DNA of 64,000 nt from the NCBI RefSeq assembly GCF_963921235.1, contig NC_086110.1:558001-622000 (forward strand), read 5' to 3'. Below, in pieces: positions 13,935-26,200 of the stretch (within the stretch, counting starts at the first letter, position 1; every line of letters begins with the position of its first letter). The notes beneath the pieces were generated by a model. The model had not been told where the DNA came from and searched no databases. It was given only the letters and a program-made list of their open reading frames with translations. Both the position numbers and the translations under genes were made by a program. This DNA comes from Mobula hypostoma (lineage: Eukaryota).

Positions 13935-16346
13935 CTAGGAAACATATAAGTTGATAATTATTTTTTAGCAACAGGAAAATTAGGGGAAAAAACACAAAGA
14001 CAAGACAAGAATAGTGTTGTGGATAGAGGAGAAAGACGCATTTCTTTGTGGAGGGGGTAATGATAGTTCAGAAATCGGTAAAAACATAGAGAAGGCATCC
14101 AGAGGAGTCTGGAAGACAGAAAAAAAGCGAGGGGGTGAAAGGACGGTGGGGGGCGGCGGGGAGAGAGCAAGAGAGAGAGAGGGTGGAGATGCGATAACTT
14201 TTCACAGCCGACAAGTCGAATGAATTCAATTATTGTTTTAATGAATGTTATTTCACATATCTTATTATTGGTTTAACGCTATGTAAATATAATATACAAT
14301 ATTGACCAGAAAGTACTGAAATCTACAAATCAACGAACATTAATGAGGAAAGGGCTCTGGAAAGATCCAAATCATAAGTTTGTGTTCTGGTCATGTGCTC
14401 GCGGGGATGGAAACTGCTATTAGAGACGTAGAACATAGAATACCTGAAGCACAATACAGACCTTTCGGCCCACAATGCTGTTCCGAACATGTACGTACTT
14501 TAGAAATTACCTAGGGTTACCCATAGGCCTCTATTTTTCTAAACTCCATGTACCTGTCCAGGGGTCTCTTAAAAGACCCTATCTTTATTTTTTTTTTCCT
14601 TGCAATGTCATTTGCTGAAATGTTCAGTGAACAGTTTTTTCCCCAAAGCAAAGTCGGAGGACTGAATATGGACAGAATGGTTTTTCTGTTGATGACCTGC
14701 TAAACCTGAGACGACTTCCAGAGAAAATGTTCTTAATCATGTAAAAATGCAGCCTTGTTGAAGGAATAGCCTGTGATATGGTCGGCTGGGCCTTGTGTAG
14801 CCTGACCTGGCTGGCCAGGTCTTTGAACGTAGAAATTATTTCGGAAGCAAGTCTGTGGGAAAGAGCCTTAAAGTAACACAGTTTGTAGCCTTGGGCCAAC
14901 ATCCAATGAGAAGTCAGAACCAATCAGTAAGATGAACATTAGCTACTTGGCACTGCTAAAGGACAGTCCCAGGTTAGAAAAAGAAACCAAAAAAATTACA
15001 CGAGGAGTTAGTAGATCTTCAATGTAATCTTATTAGATTGCAGGGCAGAAGATTGTTGACGATGCGTATGTAGAAGTTTCAGCTGCTGTGTGAAAACGGG
15101 TTAAAGAAAAGAGTAAAGAATGAGAAGAAGCCCATGCAGCTTCTTCAAGAGTAAAGTGGAGTGATTGGGCGAACAGTGTAATGATTGAAGGGCCTCGATG
15201 AATGTCATTCAGAACTCAGCAGGAGAGAAAAAATAAACAACGCACATAACAGAAAGAGTCTACAGTAGACAGAGGAGCGACGGTGGCAACTTGCTGCTCT
15301 GAGAGGAATAACGTGCTGTCAGATCTGGAACAGGAGTAATGTAGGTCGTTATGCTGGGAACTGAACAGCATATAGTTCAGAAAATATAATCTGAGTCCGG
15401 TCTTGGATCAAAGTTCGGAGTTACAGAAAGATCAGAAGCTGTTGGAATTTCGGTTGATGAGAGGATGTCATCTTTTAAACTTTTTGAATGTTTATTTGTG
15501 CATGCTGAATAAATTCCTACATTACTTTGTTTAAAAGTACTAATATAACATGTTTCCTCAATTTTGCCTGATTGTAACATAATATTTTTGTAATCTTTAA
15601 AAATGAAAGCAGGTCATATTTTAAGATGATTTAAAGTGTGAATGATTTACACTATATGTTTCAAATGCTGCGTGAGTTCTTACTACATGTGAGTTGACTT
15701 GAGTGAAGGAGAGAAAATGCAGGAATGAGCGAGTACAAAGGCTATAATGCAACTGGTTAGTCGAAATATAAAAATTGTAGCATTATTTAAGCCCAGTTCA
15801 AATCTCAGTTGATTCCTTCATTATTAAGGCAGACATAACATGCAGAAACAAGAGAGCTGCGTCAAACTGTTGTGAGGTGTTCCTTTGCAAGCAGAAAACA
15901 GCACAAATCTAGTAGACTATAACATTAGTACTTTCAAATAGCCTCTGCCTTATTGTTCCCGGTCCAATCTACTCCGTTTGTGAGGAATTCGTAAGCATGA
16001 AACATAAATCTATGATGAGCACAGTCTGAACATAGAGAGACACCCACCACAGCAACCACATTTAGAAGAAGTATGAATTTCTTTAGACAGTGTTTAATGA
16101 ATCTGTGGAATTGATTGGAACCCAAGTCATTTGTATAGTTAAAGCGGATATTGGTAGGTTCTTGGTTAGTCAAGATGTCCAACGTTACGGGGAGAATGGG
16201 ATTGAGAAGGATAGTAAATCGGACTTGAAGGAATGACGCAGTAAATTCGCTGGGATGAATGGCCTAATTTGATCCTTTGTCGAAAGGTGTTACGGTCGAA
16301 TAAAATATAAATACATCTCAGGATGCCGTTCAGACTCTAAAAACCA

Positions 16347-16500
16347 CCAAAATCATGACTTCTATATGTTTCAATGGATGGCGTCTTCATGGATTCATGA
16401 AACAACTGGCAAATATAAGTGGGTCTGCTGACTATTGCATTGACGGAGAACGCAGCTGCAATGTAATATGATATCCCACTATTCTTCTGTGTAGCCAGTA
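16347..16500 (-). pseudogene. Relic of a second C1 domain (3' half) directly downstream of the gene A C1 exon
   Basis: QKNSGISYYIAAAFSV...YICQLFHESMKTPSIETYR aligns with QNKEGLYLVSSSLNV...YTCQVFHESIKAPASESYR; similarity also visible in the DNA. Confidence 0.65.
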
Positions 16501-19313
16501 ACTTACATTTCACTTTACCCTTGAATATGGTACCTTCCCCTCTGGATATGAGAAATTTATAAACACCAGACATAGTACATAGACGCATCTCAAGATGCGG
16601 TTGAGAATATAAGCCTCTTACCTAATCGGAATCTATATGATTCGGATGCTGGCGCCTTGATAGACTCATGAAACACCTGACAAGTATAAACAGACCAGGT
16701 TTCTATTACATTGAGGGAGCTTGAAACAAGATATAATCCCTCCTTGTTCTGCATTTGTGTGGTATGTATTCCAGAAGTGATTTCGATTTCATTTTTATAC
16801 CATATGAGCTCATAGTCCTTCGGGAAAAAAGCGGCAGTTGTGCACGTCAGCGCCACGGAAGGAGCGTTCACTTCGGTGATTTTCAACGGCGCCGGCGGAA
16901 CTGCAAGTGGTTAAAAAAAGAGAGATAAAATCTCTAAACGCGCATTTATCAGAGAAAATCCCAACTCAAGCAGGTTAAATCTTTTTGCATGACGTTTCAT
17001 GTGGCGATATGCATTTCCAGTAGTTTTTTTTTCATTGAATAGAACACTGACATTTCAGGTGAAGTTATCACGCAGAAATTACATGAAATCTTTTAGCGTT
17101 ACTCCATGATTCCGTGACCACTATTTATTTCTCTTTATCCACGTGCAAAAAGCTACAATAAGATTAGTTTGTTTTTGTTAGTTCTTCTAATCTTAAATTC
17201 ACTTTTTTATAAATTTTTGAACGTTCTGCACGTTCTTTAATGTGTAGTGGTGTAAACCATTTCGGCTTCGGTCTTCGTAATTCTTCTTACATTCTATATG
17301 TCGTAAATTGTTATACGCCAAAACAACAGAACCCCACTACCCATTGCACAAACAAATGAATTATTTCTGCAAATACTGAAGTCAGTTTGAATCCCACTAT
17401 ATCTTTCATCGACTCTTCATACCGATTGAAAATATATACACGTTTAGTCAGGTCAATTACCTTACAGCGTATTGCATTAAAATAATTTGATGGTATGGTC
17501 AACATATCTTAGCTAACGTATGGAATTAAATTTACCGTGTATTTTATTGTAATTGAGTTGTTATCAAGTGTTTTTTGTTGTATTGTATCGGATCCTGCGT
17601 AATAATTATTTCATTCTCCTTTATACTTGTGTACAGGAAATTACATGAAGCAATCTTGAACCTTGAATTTGGGACCTTCACTGCAGATACCAGTTCCAAA
17701 ATTCGCATTGGTATTGGTTCCACAGAACCGATCAGGTGGACGAGATTGAGTCAAAACAAAGCGGAAAGAGTTTAAAACAAAACGCAAGTTAACTATTTTC
17801 GGAGAAATTTAATGGAAGGAGATTTTACACGCAAGATGGTCTACACTATCTAGTATGAATACCGGCCAAAATCTTACAATGCAGAAGGACACCCGAGATT
17901 TTGATTACTGACACAGTGATGCAAAATGATGCAGTGAGTAATTCATAATACAATAGATTGTGTTACTATCAACAACAATTTAAGGAAAAAACGTTTAATT
18001 CAGAACATAATTCAGAAGCAACAGCAAAATCCAAGAAGTTGCGAGAACAAATCTCCTACTTGTACAGATTGCAAATCCTACACTAGGTTTTGTGAGAAAA
18101 ACAGATCAATCTGTAAGAAGAAATAAAAATGCCACTTTTAAATCAGGAAAAAAACGTTGTGTGAACTGTTCTGTAACTCGCTTAACATTATGTTAGTATT
18201 TAGAGAGAATGGAATAGAGATACCTGTTTGAATGTAATGGGGGTGAAAATCAGTATATATGGAGAGGATATGGAACTTGTGCGTGTTGCAATGATTAGGT
18301 GAAGTTCTGTATAATCGACAGACGTTGAAATGCCAACTAATCAAATTCCTTTAAGGACAAAAATTAAATCTCTCAGTATTCATCACGCATACAATTGGTT
18401 ATCCAACAATGCTCTAATCTGTGTCGCATTAAGACTCCTTATTCCAACATTTTTTACCCGGAATAAACCTGTTTACAATACGAAAAACATTGGACATATT
18501 TAACAGTGCGATGAGCTCTATTTTCTACATTAAACTAGACCAAGACTTTAATAGGAATTGGGAGTTCCATAGGGAGGGTTGACATAAACAGAACCCTGGT
18601 ACCGTACGTGCCTAATCCCTTAAAGTCATGACACAGATGGGCAATCACAGAAGATGATTGGCGAAGAAGGCGATTTGGCATTCCTGCCTGTGCTGGTAAG
18701 TAATTGGGACGTCAGGCTGAAATTGCACAAGTTGTTGGCGAGAACATACTTGAGGTAGTGTCCGTGGTTCTCTTGGCCTAGCCACAGCATAAATGTGATT
18801 AATCTGGTATGAATGCGTGCAGCACTGGGTCTGGAGGGTTTCATTTACATGGAGAATCTGCGACTCTTTGTCTGTAGAGAAGGAGGTCGAAGCGTGATCT
18901 GATAGATGCTTATAAAGTTATAAGGACCAATATAACGTGGATAGTCAGAGTCTTCTTCCCAGATTCTCGGTGTCTCCAATTGGAGGGATGGGTTTAAAAT
19001 TAATGGGCGTAGGTTTAAATTGAACCTAAAAGGTACATTTTTCAACACACTTGGCAGTAGGTAAATGTAAAGACACGCACAAGAAGCTAAGGATGCGGGA
19101 TAAAACGAAAATGCAAAAAAAAACACAATCATTCAGACATGCACATGATTTGAAAGCAATGTGTTCAGAGATATCGGGGTTTGTTCGGCATGTCAGATTT
19201 GGGTTGAGAAATGTCCGTCTCGGTTATATAAATCTATGACTCGTTTGAAAAAATTCAAACTACCTTCGTGCATTTTAATAACCCTACAGTTGCAGCGGTT
19301 AAAATGTTTCCTG
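16480..19313. repeat. Segmental duplication, copy 1 (V-C1 intron plus C1 exon)
   Basis: Colinear similarity to about 61100-64000 (offset about 44.6 kb), including shared old LINE fragments; similarity runs to the window end. Confidence 0.95.
16622..16900 (-). CDS. Gene A exon 3: C1-set Ig domain
   Basis: ttgcag| acceptor and G|gtaag donor; 279 nt, phase 1-1; VALTCTTAAFFP, LIWYKN, GLYLVSSSL and YTCQVFHES C1-set motifs. Confidence 0.92.
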
Positions 19314-22300
19314 AAGTTTTTCCTCTCTGTCAACATGCAAGATTTTCCTTTTCTTTTTCAGATTGCTTATGTCCGCTGTCTTGGGGCAGTCCTTCAAGTG
19401 TCACAGGTGTATCCCATCATATATCTTCTTAGTGAAGATCTCTCCGATTCAAGGGATTTATATTTTAGCGACACGGCGCGAAGTATATCATTCCGACCCT
19501 TCGAACCACCCTCAGTAGCCCCCGTCAAATCCGATTTACCCTAAACTAATCAAGGACCATTTCCAATGACCAATTAACGTACCCGTAATATCGGTGGACT
19601 GTGGGAAGAAAGCGAAGAACTTGGGGAAAACATACGTTTTACATGCGGAGAACATAGAAAACTCTTACAGACGGCACTGGAACTTAACTCCGAGCTCTTG
19701 CTCGCCCCAAGCTAAATCGCAGCACGCTGAAGCTGCGCGATCGCGGAACCCAGCCTGCTCTCTGGGGCCTCTGGTGATATTTCTAGAACTCTGCAGTTGT
19801 ACGGGTGGATCTGATAGCACTATGCCCAACCCTCCTTTTTTCGCCGGCATTCTAGAGACCGTCCATGGCAGAGTTTCTCTAGATCTAGTTCTGAAGAATA
19901 AAAATATCTGATCTAAGAAGAAGTACGGTCGTTCGTATAGCAAGGTCAGATTCAGCAACAACAAGAAAGAGTGATTGTAATTGGCCATTGTCCTAACTTC
20001 GTTAAGACGGGAATCATTTCAAGGTAAACTTCCAGTTGTCAGTTGCCTATAACAAGAATAAATTACTACATCAATAAAATGAATGATCCAAACACAGCGT
20101 AGCGATTTGTTACGGGGTAAGTTATTTATCGACATTTAATGTCATTCCTTCAATAATGCCTTGGAATATCCTGTAATTTATAATGTTTGGATTTCCATTA
20201 TTTCCTTAATAAACTGCTTCTTCCGTTATTCATTTTGATGCTCTCTGACATTATGCGATTTTCCTCACCGGATGGGGTTCAGATGTAACATTCACATGCA
20301 AGAACAGAACTCAGTGACTACCAAAACCTTGCAACCCCTCACCAGTGACAAAATACTCGACCCCTCTATTTGGATCTATCAGAGTAAATTTCTTCTTATT
20401 TAACACATTATGTTCTACCCCTATGTTCTAATTATCTGAACCCGCTGAAAGTTTTGTGTTGCCTATGCATAACACACCGTCACCCAAGTGCTTGCTTTGT
20501 TTGAAACAAAAGGTTGCGGGAAATTTTGATAAAGGTCTGAAAAATTGTGTTTTGACGAGATCTCAAAATATTCCGTGATATTTCGTCATAACTACAACCC
20601 AAACCTATGTAAAGCAAAGGCTTCCAATTCAAGAAAAAATACCGGTATCTACCCACTGCAAGTCGCAACTCCACCCTTTCTGGGGAATAATTCACCGATC
20701 CTACCCGGCTCTCTGGTCTACATCCTGAATATGCATACCTAGATGTTCGGTGGAAGATATTCATCAGAGGCTCTGTATGGCTCCAGAATTTGCCGTAAAA
20801 GTATATTTCCGGAATAAATAGGATTAGAACAGGTAAAAGAATAAACAAAAAATGTTTGATGGACGCAGTGGATCCAGAGCGCATGATTGTGGAAGTCAGC
20901 ATATTGGACCATGCTGGCATCAGGGGAAACCAGGGGAATGAAAAAGAATAAGTAACAGAAGGAAAATAATAGAAGGGGATTGCAGTAAGAGTGAAAGATA
21001 AAGCTAAAATCTTTGATTCTCTTGTGATCAGAGCAGAGTTTATAAAAGGAAATATGCCAAAGATATTATACCATTTTCCATTATTTCAAATGAATCTGGT
21101 GACATATTCGAGGAGCAGTGTCTCGGGAGGGTTGCGTCCATGATTAAGGACTTCCATTACCCAGGATCCGTCCTTTTCTCATTATTACCATGAAGAAAGA
21201 GGTATAGAAGCGTGAAGACACACACTCAGCGATTCAGAGAACTTTTTCTTCCTCTCTGCCATCCGATTCCTCATGGATAGATGAACCAATGAACATCACC
21301 TCAGTGCATCAGCACTGGACTTCAAGGCGGATGGAACTGAGGTCACACCCAGCTGGGTCCCAGCCTGGACAGCAGGATAGTCTGCGTGGAAGGAATGCCT
21401 GGCAATCTACTTCCGTATCTTGCCATGAAAAAGCTATGGACCCCCTGGTCCATGATGTCACGAAGAACCGGACTCGACTTAACGACAGAACAACACCTCA
21501 CGTATATATGATTCACTGGTGATTTATTTTAAACGATTTAGTTATTTTCTCTTTTCCCTACATTATTATGTTCTATTGTGTTTAACATTGAACTGGTGCC
21601 GGTAAGTTAATACATTTCCCGACGTATGCCGGTGATATTAATCCTGATTCTGGTTCTGTTTAGCGGTTAATGCGTTCTGCATTCGCTAATTATTTAAATA
21701 CACACAATAGTCATTTATTCATTTTTTTTTTTTTTCTATTTGCAAAGGGACAGACAGACTCGAGTTTCCAAATAAACTCTTCTCGGGTTTTTCTAAGAAT
21801 GGCAGAGTATGACATCGAGATATCGGTTACAATTGATGTATGTACCCGGCTGGAAACCCGCGAAGAGTTTATTCGTCGTATAAGCAGGCAAAGCCCACGA
21901 TCTTTTTCCGGAATCCATTTTAATGTTCTGCGGGTAATGTCTGAACTCGTAACTTACGAAGGGCAGGTCATCATCTGTAACTCACAGGTCTCGAATCTGA
22001 TTGAATGATTTCAGTTAGCACATGTAACATTAATTCCATTAACTGCCCATCTACCGACATGAAGTCCTTCATCACATGCACATCACAGGAAATGTATCTT
22101 CAGATATAAAGGAACATTAAATTACATGAAATTAGAGAACAATGTTCTTTCCGAGATTTCACTGTTCCACCAAGAGTAAACAGTGGTTATTCAAACCCGA
22201 AATGAAGAATACTATTGTGGATGGAGAGGTGGTCTCCTATTGTACTTTATCAATATCTAACGCGATCCTTTTAATTTAGTAGTTGCATCTGTCTAAGACA

Positions 22301-22317
22301 CGCCGAGTAGGATTTAC

Positions 22318-22638
22318 CGTGTACAATAACGTTCGTGCCATTGCCTTTGGAAATCTTTCCTGTCCAGTCTCTCACACCGCAATAAAATATTCCAGAGCCC
22401 CAGAATCTCACGTCGAAGATATGGAATTCGGCAGAACCTTGCTCTGTAGTTATAATACTTATCCTTCTGTCTGCAGTAGGATCTATATATCCTTCTTGTC
22501 CCCCTTTCCACCAATAAACAGCCACCGCTGCGTTCTGAGCGAAGATTAGGTAGGTGCAGTAAATTGACACATTTGCACCCTCTGCCTTAGTCTCTTTCAC
22601 AGGAATCTGGCGCACTGTGATCGAGGCCCTGTCAGCAA
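22318..22638 (-). CDS. Gene A exon 2: V-set Ig domain with germline-joined J-like strand (NKp30/SIRP-like)
   Basis: ttctgacag| acceptor and G|gtaaat donor; 321 nt, phase 1-1; VSIYC, VYWWK, AEFHIFDV, GIFYC and KGNGTNVIV motifs; no stop codons. Confidence 0.92.
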
Positions 22639-22882
22639 CTGTCAGAATGAAAAACAATCATTATCAGAGTATAATGGTTGGCTTTATTGACAAAAATATT
22701 AAAATAATATATGCATATGCAATATCACTCTGAAAGAAATAGTTCGATTCGACTGTGAGTAAAGTAAATCAATTTAAAATAACAAAACTGCTGTTTACTT
22801 CTTGGGCAGCTGCTCGTCGCAAACTGTTTCTGAATATCTCACAACTCGTTATTCCAGATCAAAAACGGAATTGTATACATAC

Positions 22883-22937
22883 CTGTGTACACAATCTGCA
22901 GGACGAAGAGATTAAGGAGCTTATGAAATATATGCAT
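22883..22937 (-). CDS. Gene A exon 1: signal peptide (MHIFHKLLNLFVLQIVYT, phase 1)
   Basis: ATG at 22937; 55-nt exon ending G|gtatg; hydrophobic core LLNLFVLQIV; phase 1 matches the V exon; intron of about 240 nt. Confidence 0.8.
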
Positions 22938-23071
22938 TCTGAATAAAAGTGATGAAATCAGACAGTGTTAACTGTATTTCAAAAGTTCAATCACATAGCA
23001 CAGTGATGAGAAGCTGTTCGAGGGTCGTGTGGAAATGGATTTGCAAATAGACTGCACAACCCTTACATCTT

Positions 23072-23099
23072 GGTTTCACTTTGACGTCATTGCGGCAAT
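23072..23099 (-). promoter_or_regulatory. Putative gene A proximal promoter: IRF-E abutting a CRE palindrome
   Basis: GGTTTCACTTT at 23072-23082 (AAAGTGAAACC on minus), TGACGTCA at 23082-23089 and ATTGCGGCAAT at 23089-23099; about 135-160 nt upstream of the ATG. Confidence 0.5.
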
Positions 23100-23289
23100 G
23101 TGCAGAAATTTAAAATAACAGACGACCTAATGGTACAGATGTTATCAGGAGGGTATGAAATGAGTTAGGGCTGGTAACAGTAAATGTGTTTGGGGGGAAT
23201 AAAATGTATCTGACGATAATTCCATTAATTTGATTATAATTAGGCGGAGAGAGAGGTTTTTGTTCCTTGGGATGCATATTTAAATTAGA

Positions 23290-26200
23290 TGTAACCTCCA
23301 GGCTCAATGGGCTGCGTTAGTTCAGGAGAAGACAGTCGTCGCCCCCGCCAGTTGGTGAAATCTCCTTTGTGTGGATGCTGCCTGATGTTTTCACCTGTTA
23401 CAAATCAGTACCACGAAATAACGAACAGTTCACCATATACAATTAAATAATTGAGCTTTATGATCCTTATCTTAACGATAGGGTTATTTTAAGAAAACAA
23501 AAAGATAAAGGGCACATTTTAAGGAAACATTCTAATGCACTCGTTGGACCTCACGATTTTCCCGTCCGTTCGTTCTCCATTGTCGTCGACTCCCGATCCC
23601 ATTCCAAGTCCACGCCATCCTGTAGTCTATGACCTCTCCCTTCTCTCTTCTCTCGACACCCTCCGCCGAACAAAAGCCGAGCCTCCTTATTTCTCAGGAA
23701 CACAAGAAAAAAAAAACTCCCCTCATTGGACGCCGCACATTCCAAAGCTCTCGCTAGTCATAACGCAAACACTGTTGCTACAGAGATACCATTAGATTAT
23801 CAGTGAAACCTTTCCCAGGGCGTTAGACGCGAACCCCATTAAATTTAGTCAAATTTGCCATCTCTTCCGTCGGAACAGAAAGTCGACCCAGGTGTAAAAG
23901 GCAGTGACATAGCTTCCCAAAACAATTTGGGCCACACTCCGTTTCCCCAGTGCTATATAGGCCAGCTTATCCCGTAGCCTTCTGGTGTTTGAGACCTCCA
24001 TATTCCCTCATCTACCTCTTCATGTTTCGACACTACTGGGAGTACTTCTGGTCTATCTGTAAGGCCTCCCCTGGCCTATCACTCGTCCCTACCTACAACT
24101 CAGACTGCACTGTACCTTGTCTGAGCTCCGCTTCATGTTTTTCCAAGGTGGACCTACACACTATGAAGTCATCCAGATACACCAATACTTCAAGAAAGCT
24201 CAAATGCCCCATGATCCGCTGGGAGGTTGCAGGGGGACACGATATGCCCTGGGCAGAGTTTCGAACTTGAAAGATCCCAGTGGACATATAAATGCCTACT
24301 TCCCTTTGTCAGTCTCACTCAATGGGATCAGGTAATATCCACTCCTCAGGTCCAGCACACTAAACCACTTCGCACTACCCGGACAGGCCAGCGCGTCATC
24401 GATCGTTGGGACCGTATATTGGTCGGAGACGATACGCCTGTTCAGAGTCCAATAGTCCACACATATCCGTACCTTCCCATTCCTTTCTGGCCACCACTAT
24501 TCTGTGACGGATAGGGGCTTCTGGACTCGATGATGATCTCAGCTTCCTTCAACTTACAGAATGCAACCGAACATCTTCCACCTCTGCAGGAGCCAGTTGC
24601 TGTGACCTCTCTCTGAACGGGGTGTCCTTGGTCACCCGCATAGTGTGAAGAGAGTTCTTGGAACAGCCCCCATTAAACTAGTCAGTGGAAAAAAAAACAT
24701 CTTCTCTATTAACTTGTTCTTCTCACCCGCAGGTACCTGGGAGTCCCCGAAGTTGAATGACTCAGCGGTCAACATTCCCCCCTTTGCAGATAGTTTCTAC
24801 CCCGCTTGTCTCACAGGGACACTAGCACTATCGATTCCGGGAAAAGATGCCTCAGGGGCAGCCCCCGCTCGAATGTGACTTCTCTCTCAGTAGTTTTTCT
24901 GACAACCACTCCCATTTTGTTCGCCTGTACAACCGAGGACTTCTGCAGTTCGCGCCTCACTAGTACCACAGCAGATATTCCCGACTGCTCTTCGTGGTCT
25001 TCCGGAGCATCCACCAAGAAGGCCTCGCCCTCGGGCATTCCGGGAAATTTGGGGTTTCACATTTCTCTCGCTGGGTCCCCGGGCCGTAACATGATTGGCT
25101 TGGACTGGGGAACCACACAGGTCCTCGTCTACATTCCTTATCCGGCCCAATGCAGTCACGCACTTCCCCAAAAGCAGCTCGAAACACCGAGTGAAAGGAC
25201 AACGTTCTCAGGAAGCTTTCTTCAGCTTTCTCGTTACAGGCTCCCATGAGCCTCATCGCAATAGGAGTGTAGGTCTCCACAAGAATTGAATCACCGCCCT
25301 TCCCAACGGCGTCCGGGCAGCATAGCTGTAATGTATCAAGCCCCTCAGCGACTCCCACGTCGGCCTCCGAAAGCTGTAGTTTTACTGACAAGTAAACATC
25401 ATACGGATAAACAGCCACACTAAGCCCCCAGATACCCAGTGCACTGAATGGCGCAAATGGCTGTAAAATGAACGGTAGAACAGAGTGACTTGCGACTCTG
25501 TGTCAAGTATGGTTCTGGTATAAATGCCTTATATCAGTAGCGATACGCTGGAGCTTGGCACCATTAAGCCTTAAGAAACAGGGTTCTTTGCTTTCGGGTG
25601 TTCCTTAATATATTGCTAGAAATATGCACCCGAACACCCCCCTCCCCCCCCCCCCCCGCCTTCGCTATCCCTCACTGGGCTTCTTTAAAGAATTCCTAAC
25701 GACTCGCTCTGTTTAGGTACACGATGGCTCACTCTCCGCAGTGTTTCCTGTTGTGCAAACCCCCACCTGAGCTGTCCCTCTTCACCGCAGTTGTAATACG
25801 CAATACCGGCCGCTCCTTCAACTCAATCCTCAGAAACGATAGAACCCTGTCTTTGAAATCTCCGACCCTAGCTACAGGAAACTCGTCTTGTGATTTGGCC
25901 CGCTCCGCTGCCGTTACGTCAGAGCTGGTCTGCAAACGAGATCTGTGCCCGCCAGTTTGTCAAGCCTCCGCTCTGCAAAACTTTAACAGTACTTAATAGG
26001 TGAATTAACAGTTCATCCGGAGTACGAATATCTATCCCACTCAACACGCACGCATTAATTACCGGTAGCCCCCGTGGATGAACACCATCACTCCACCTGG
26101 CAGCATCGAAACTAGAACAGACTTAAAACACGCAACCAGCATTCAATGAAATGAATCCCGGAACGACTCCCCGCAATTGTAACCCTCAGTTTCGGCGGGC

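Noticed and set aside
15377-15516. Phase-1 terminal exon GIYSACTNK...SDYIF*
   Set aside because: The acceptor lacks a polypyrimidine tract and the peptide has no recognisable motif.
15934-16182. Hydrophobic ORF (FILLLNVVAVVGVSL) as the gene A TM exon
   Set aside because: It is the antisense reading of a CR1 3' fragment and has no suitable splice sites.
20480-20920. 146-aa minus ORF with a hydrophobic stretch as an extra exon of gene A
   Set aside because: No Ig motifs; the best internal AG/GT pair is phase 1-2 and would frameshift; more likely a decayed LINE-type relic.
21670-22008. 112-aa plus ORF, or a faint C...W pattern on minus, as another Ig exon
   Set aside because: Stops interrupt the minus frames, motif spacing is unconvincing, and there is no recognisable homology.
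22250-22330. Recombination signal sequences around the V exon (rearranging Ig/TCR locus)
   Set aside because: V and J are already fused in one exon with a normal donor; no heptamer-spacer-nonamer was seen at its 3' end.
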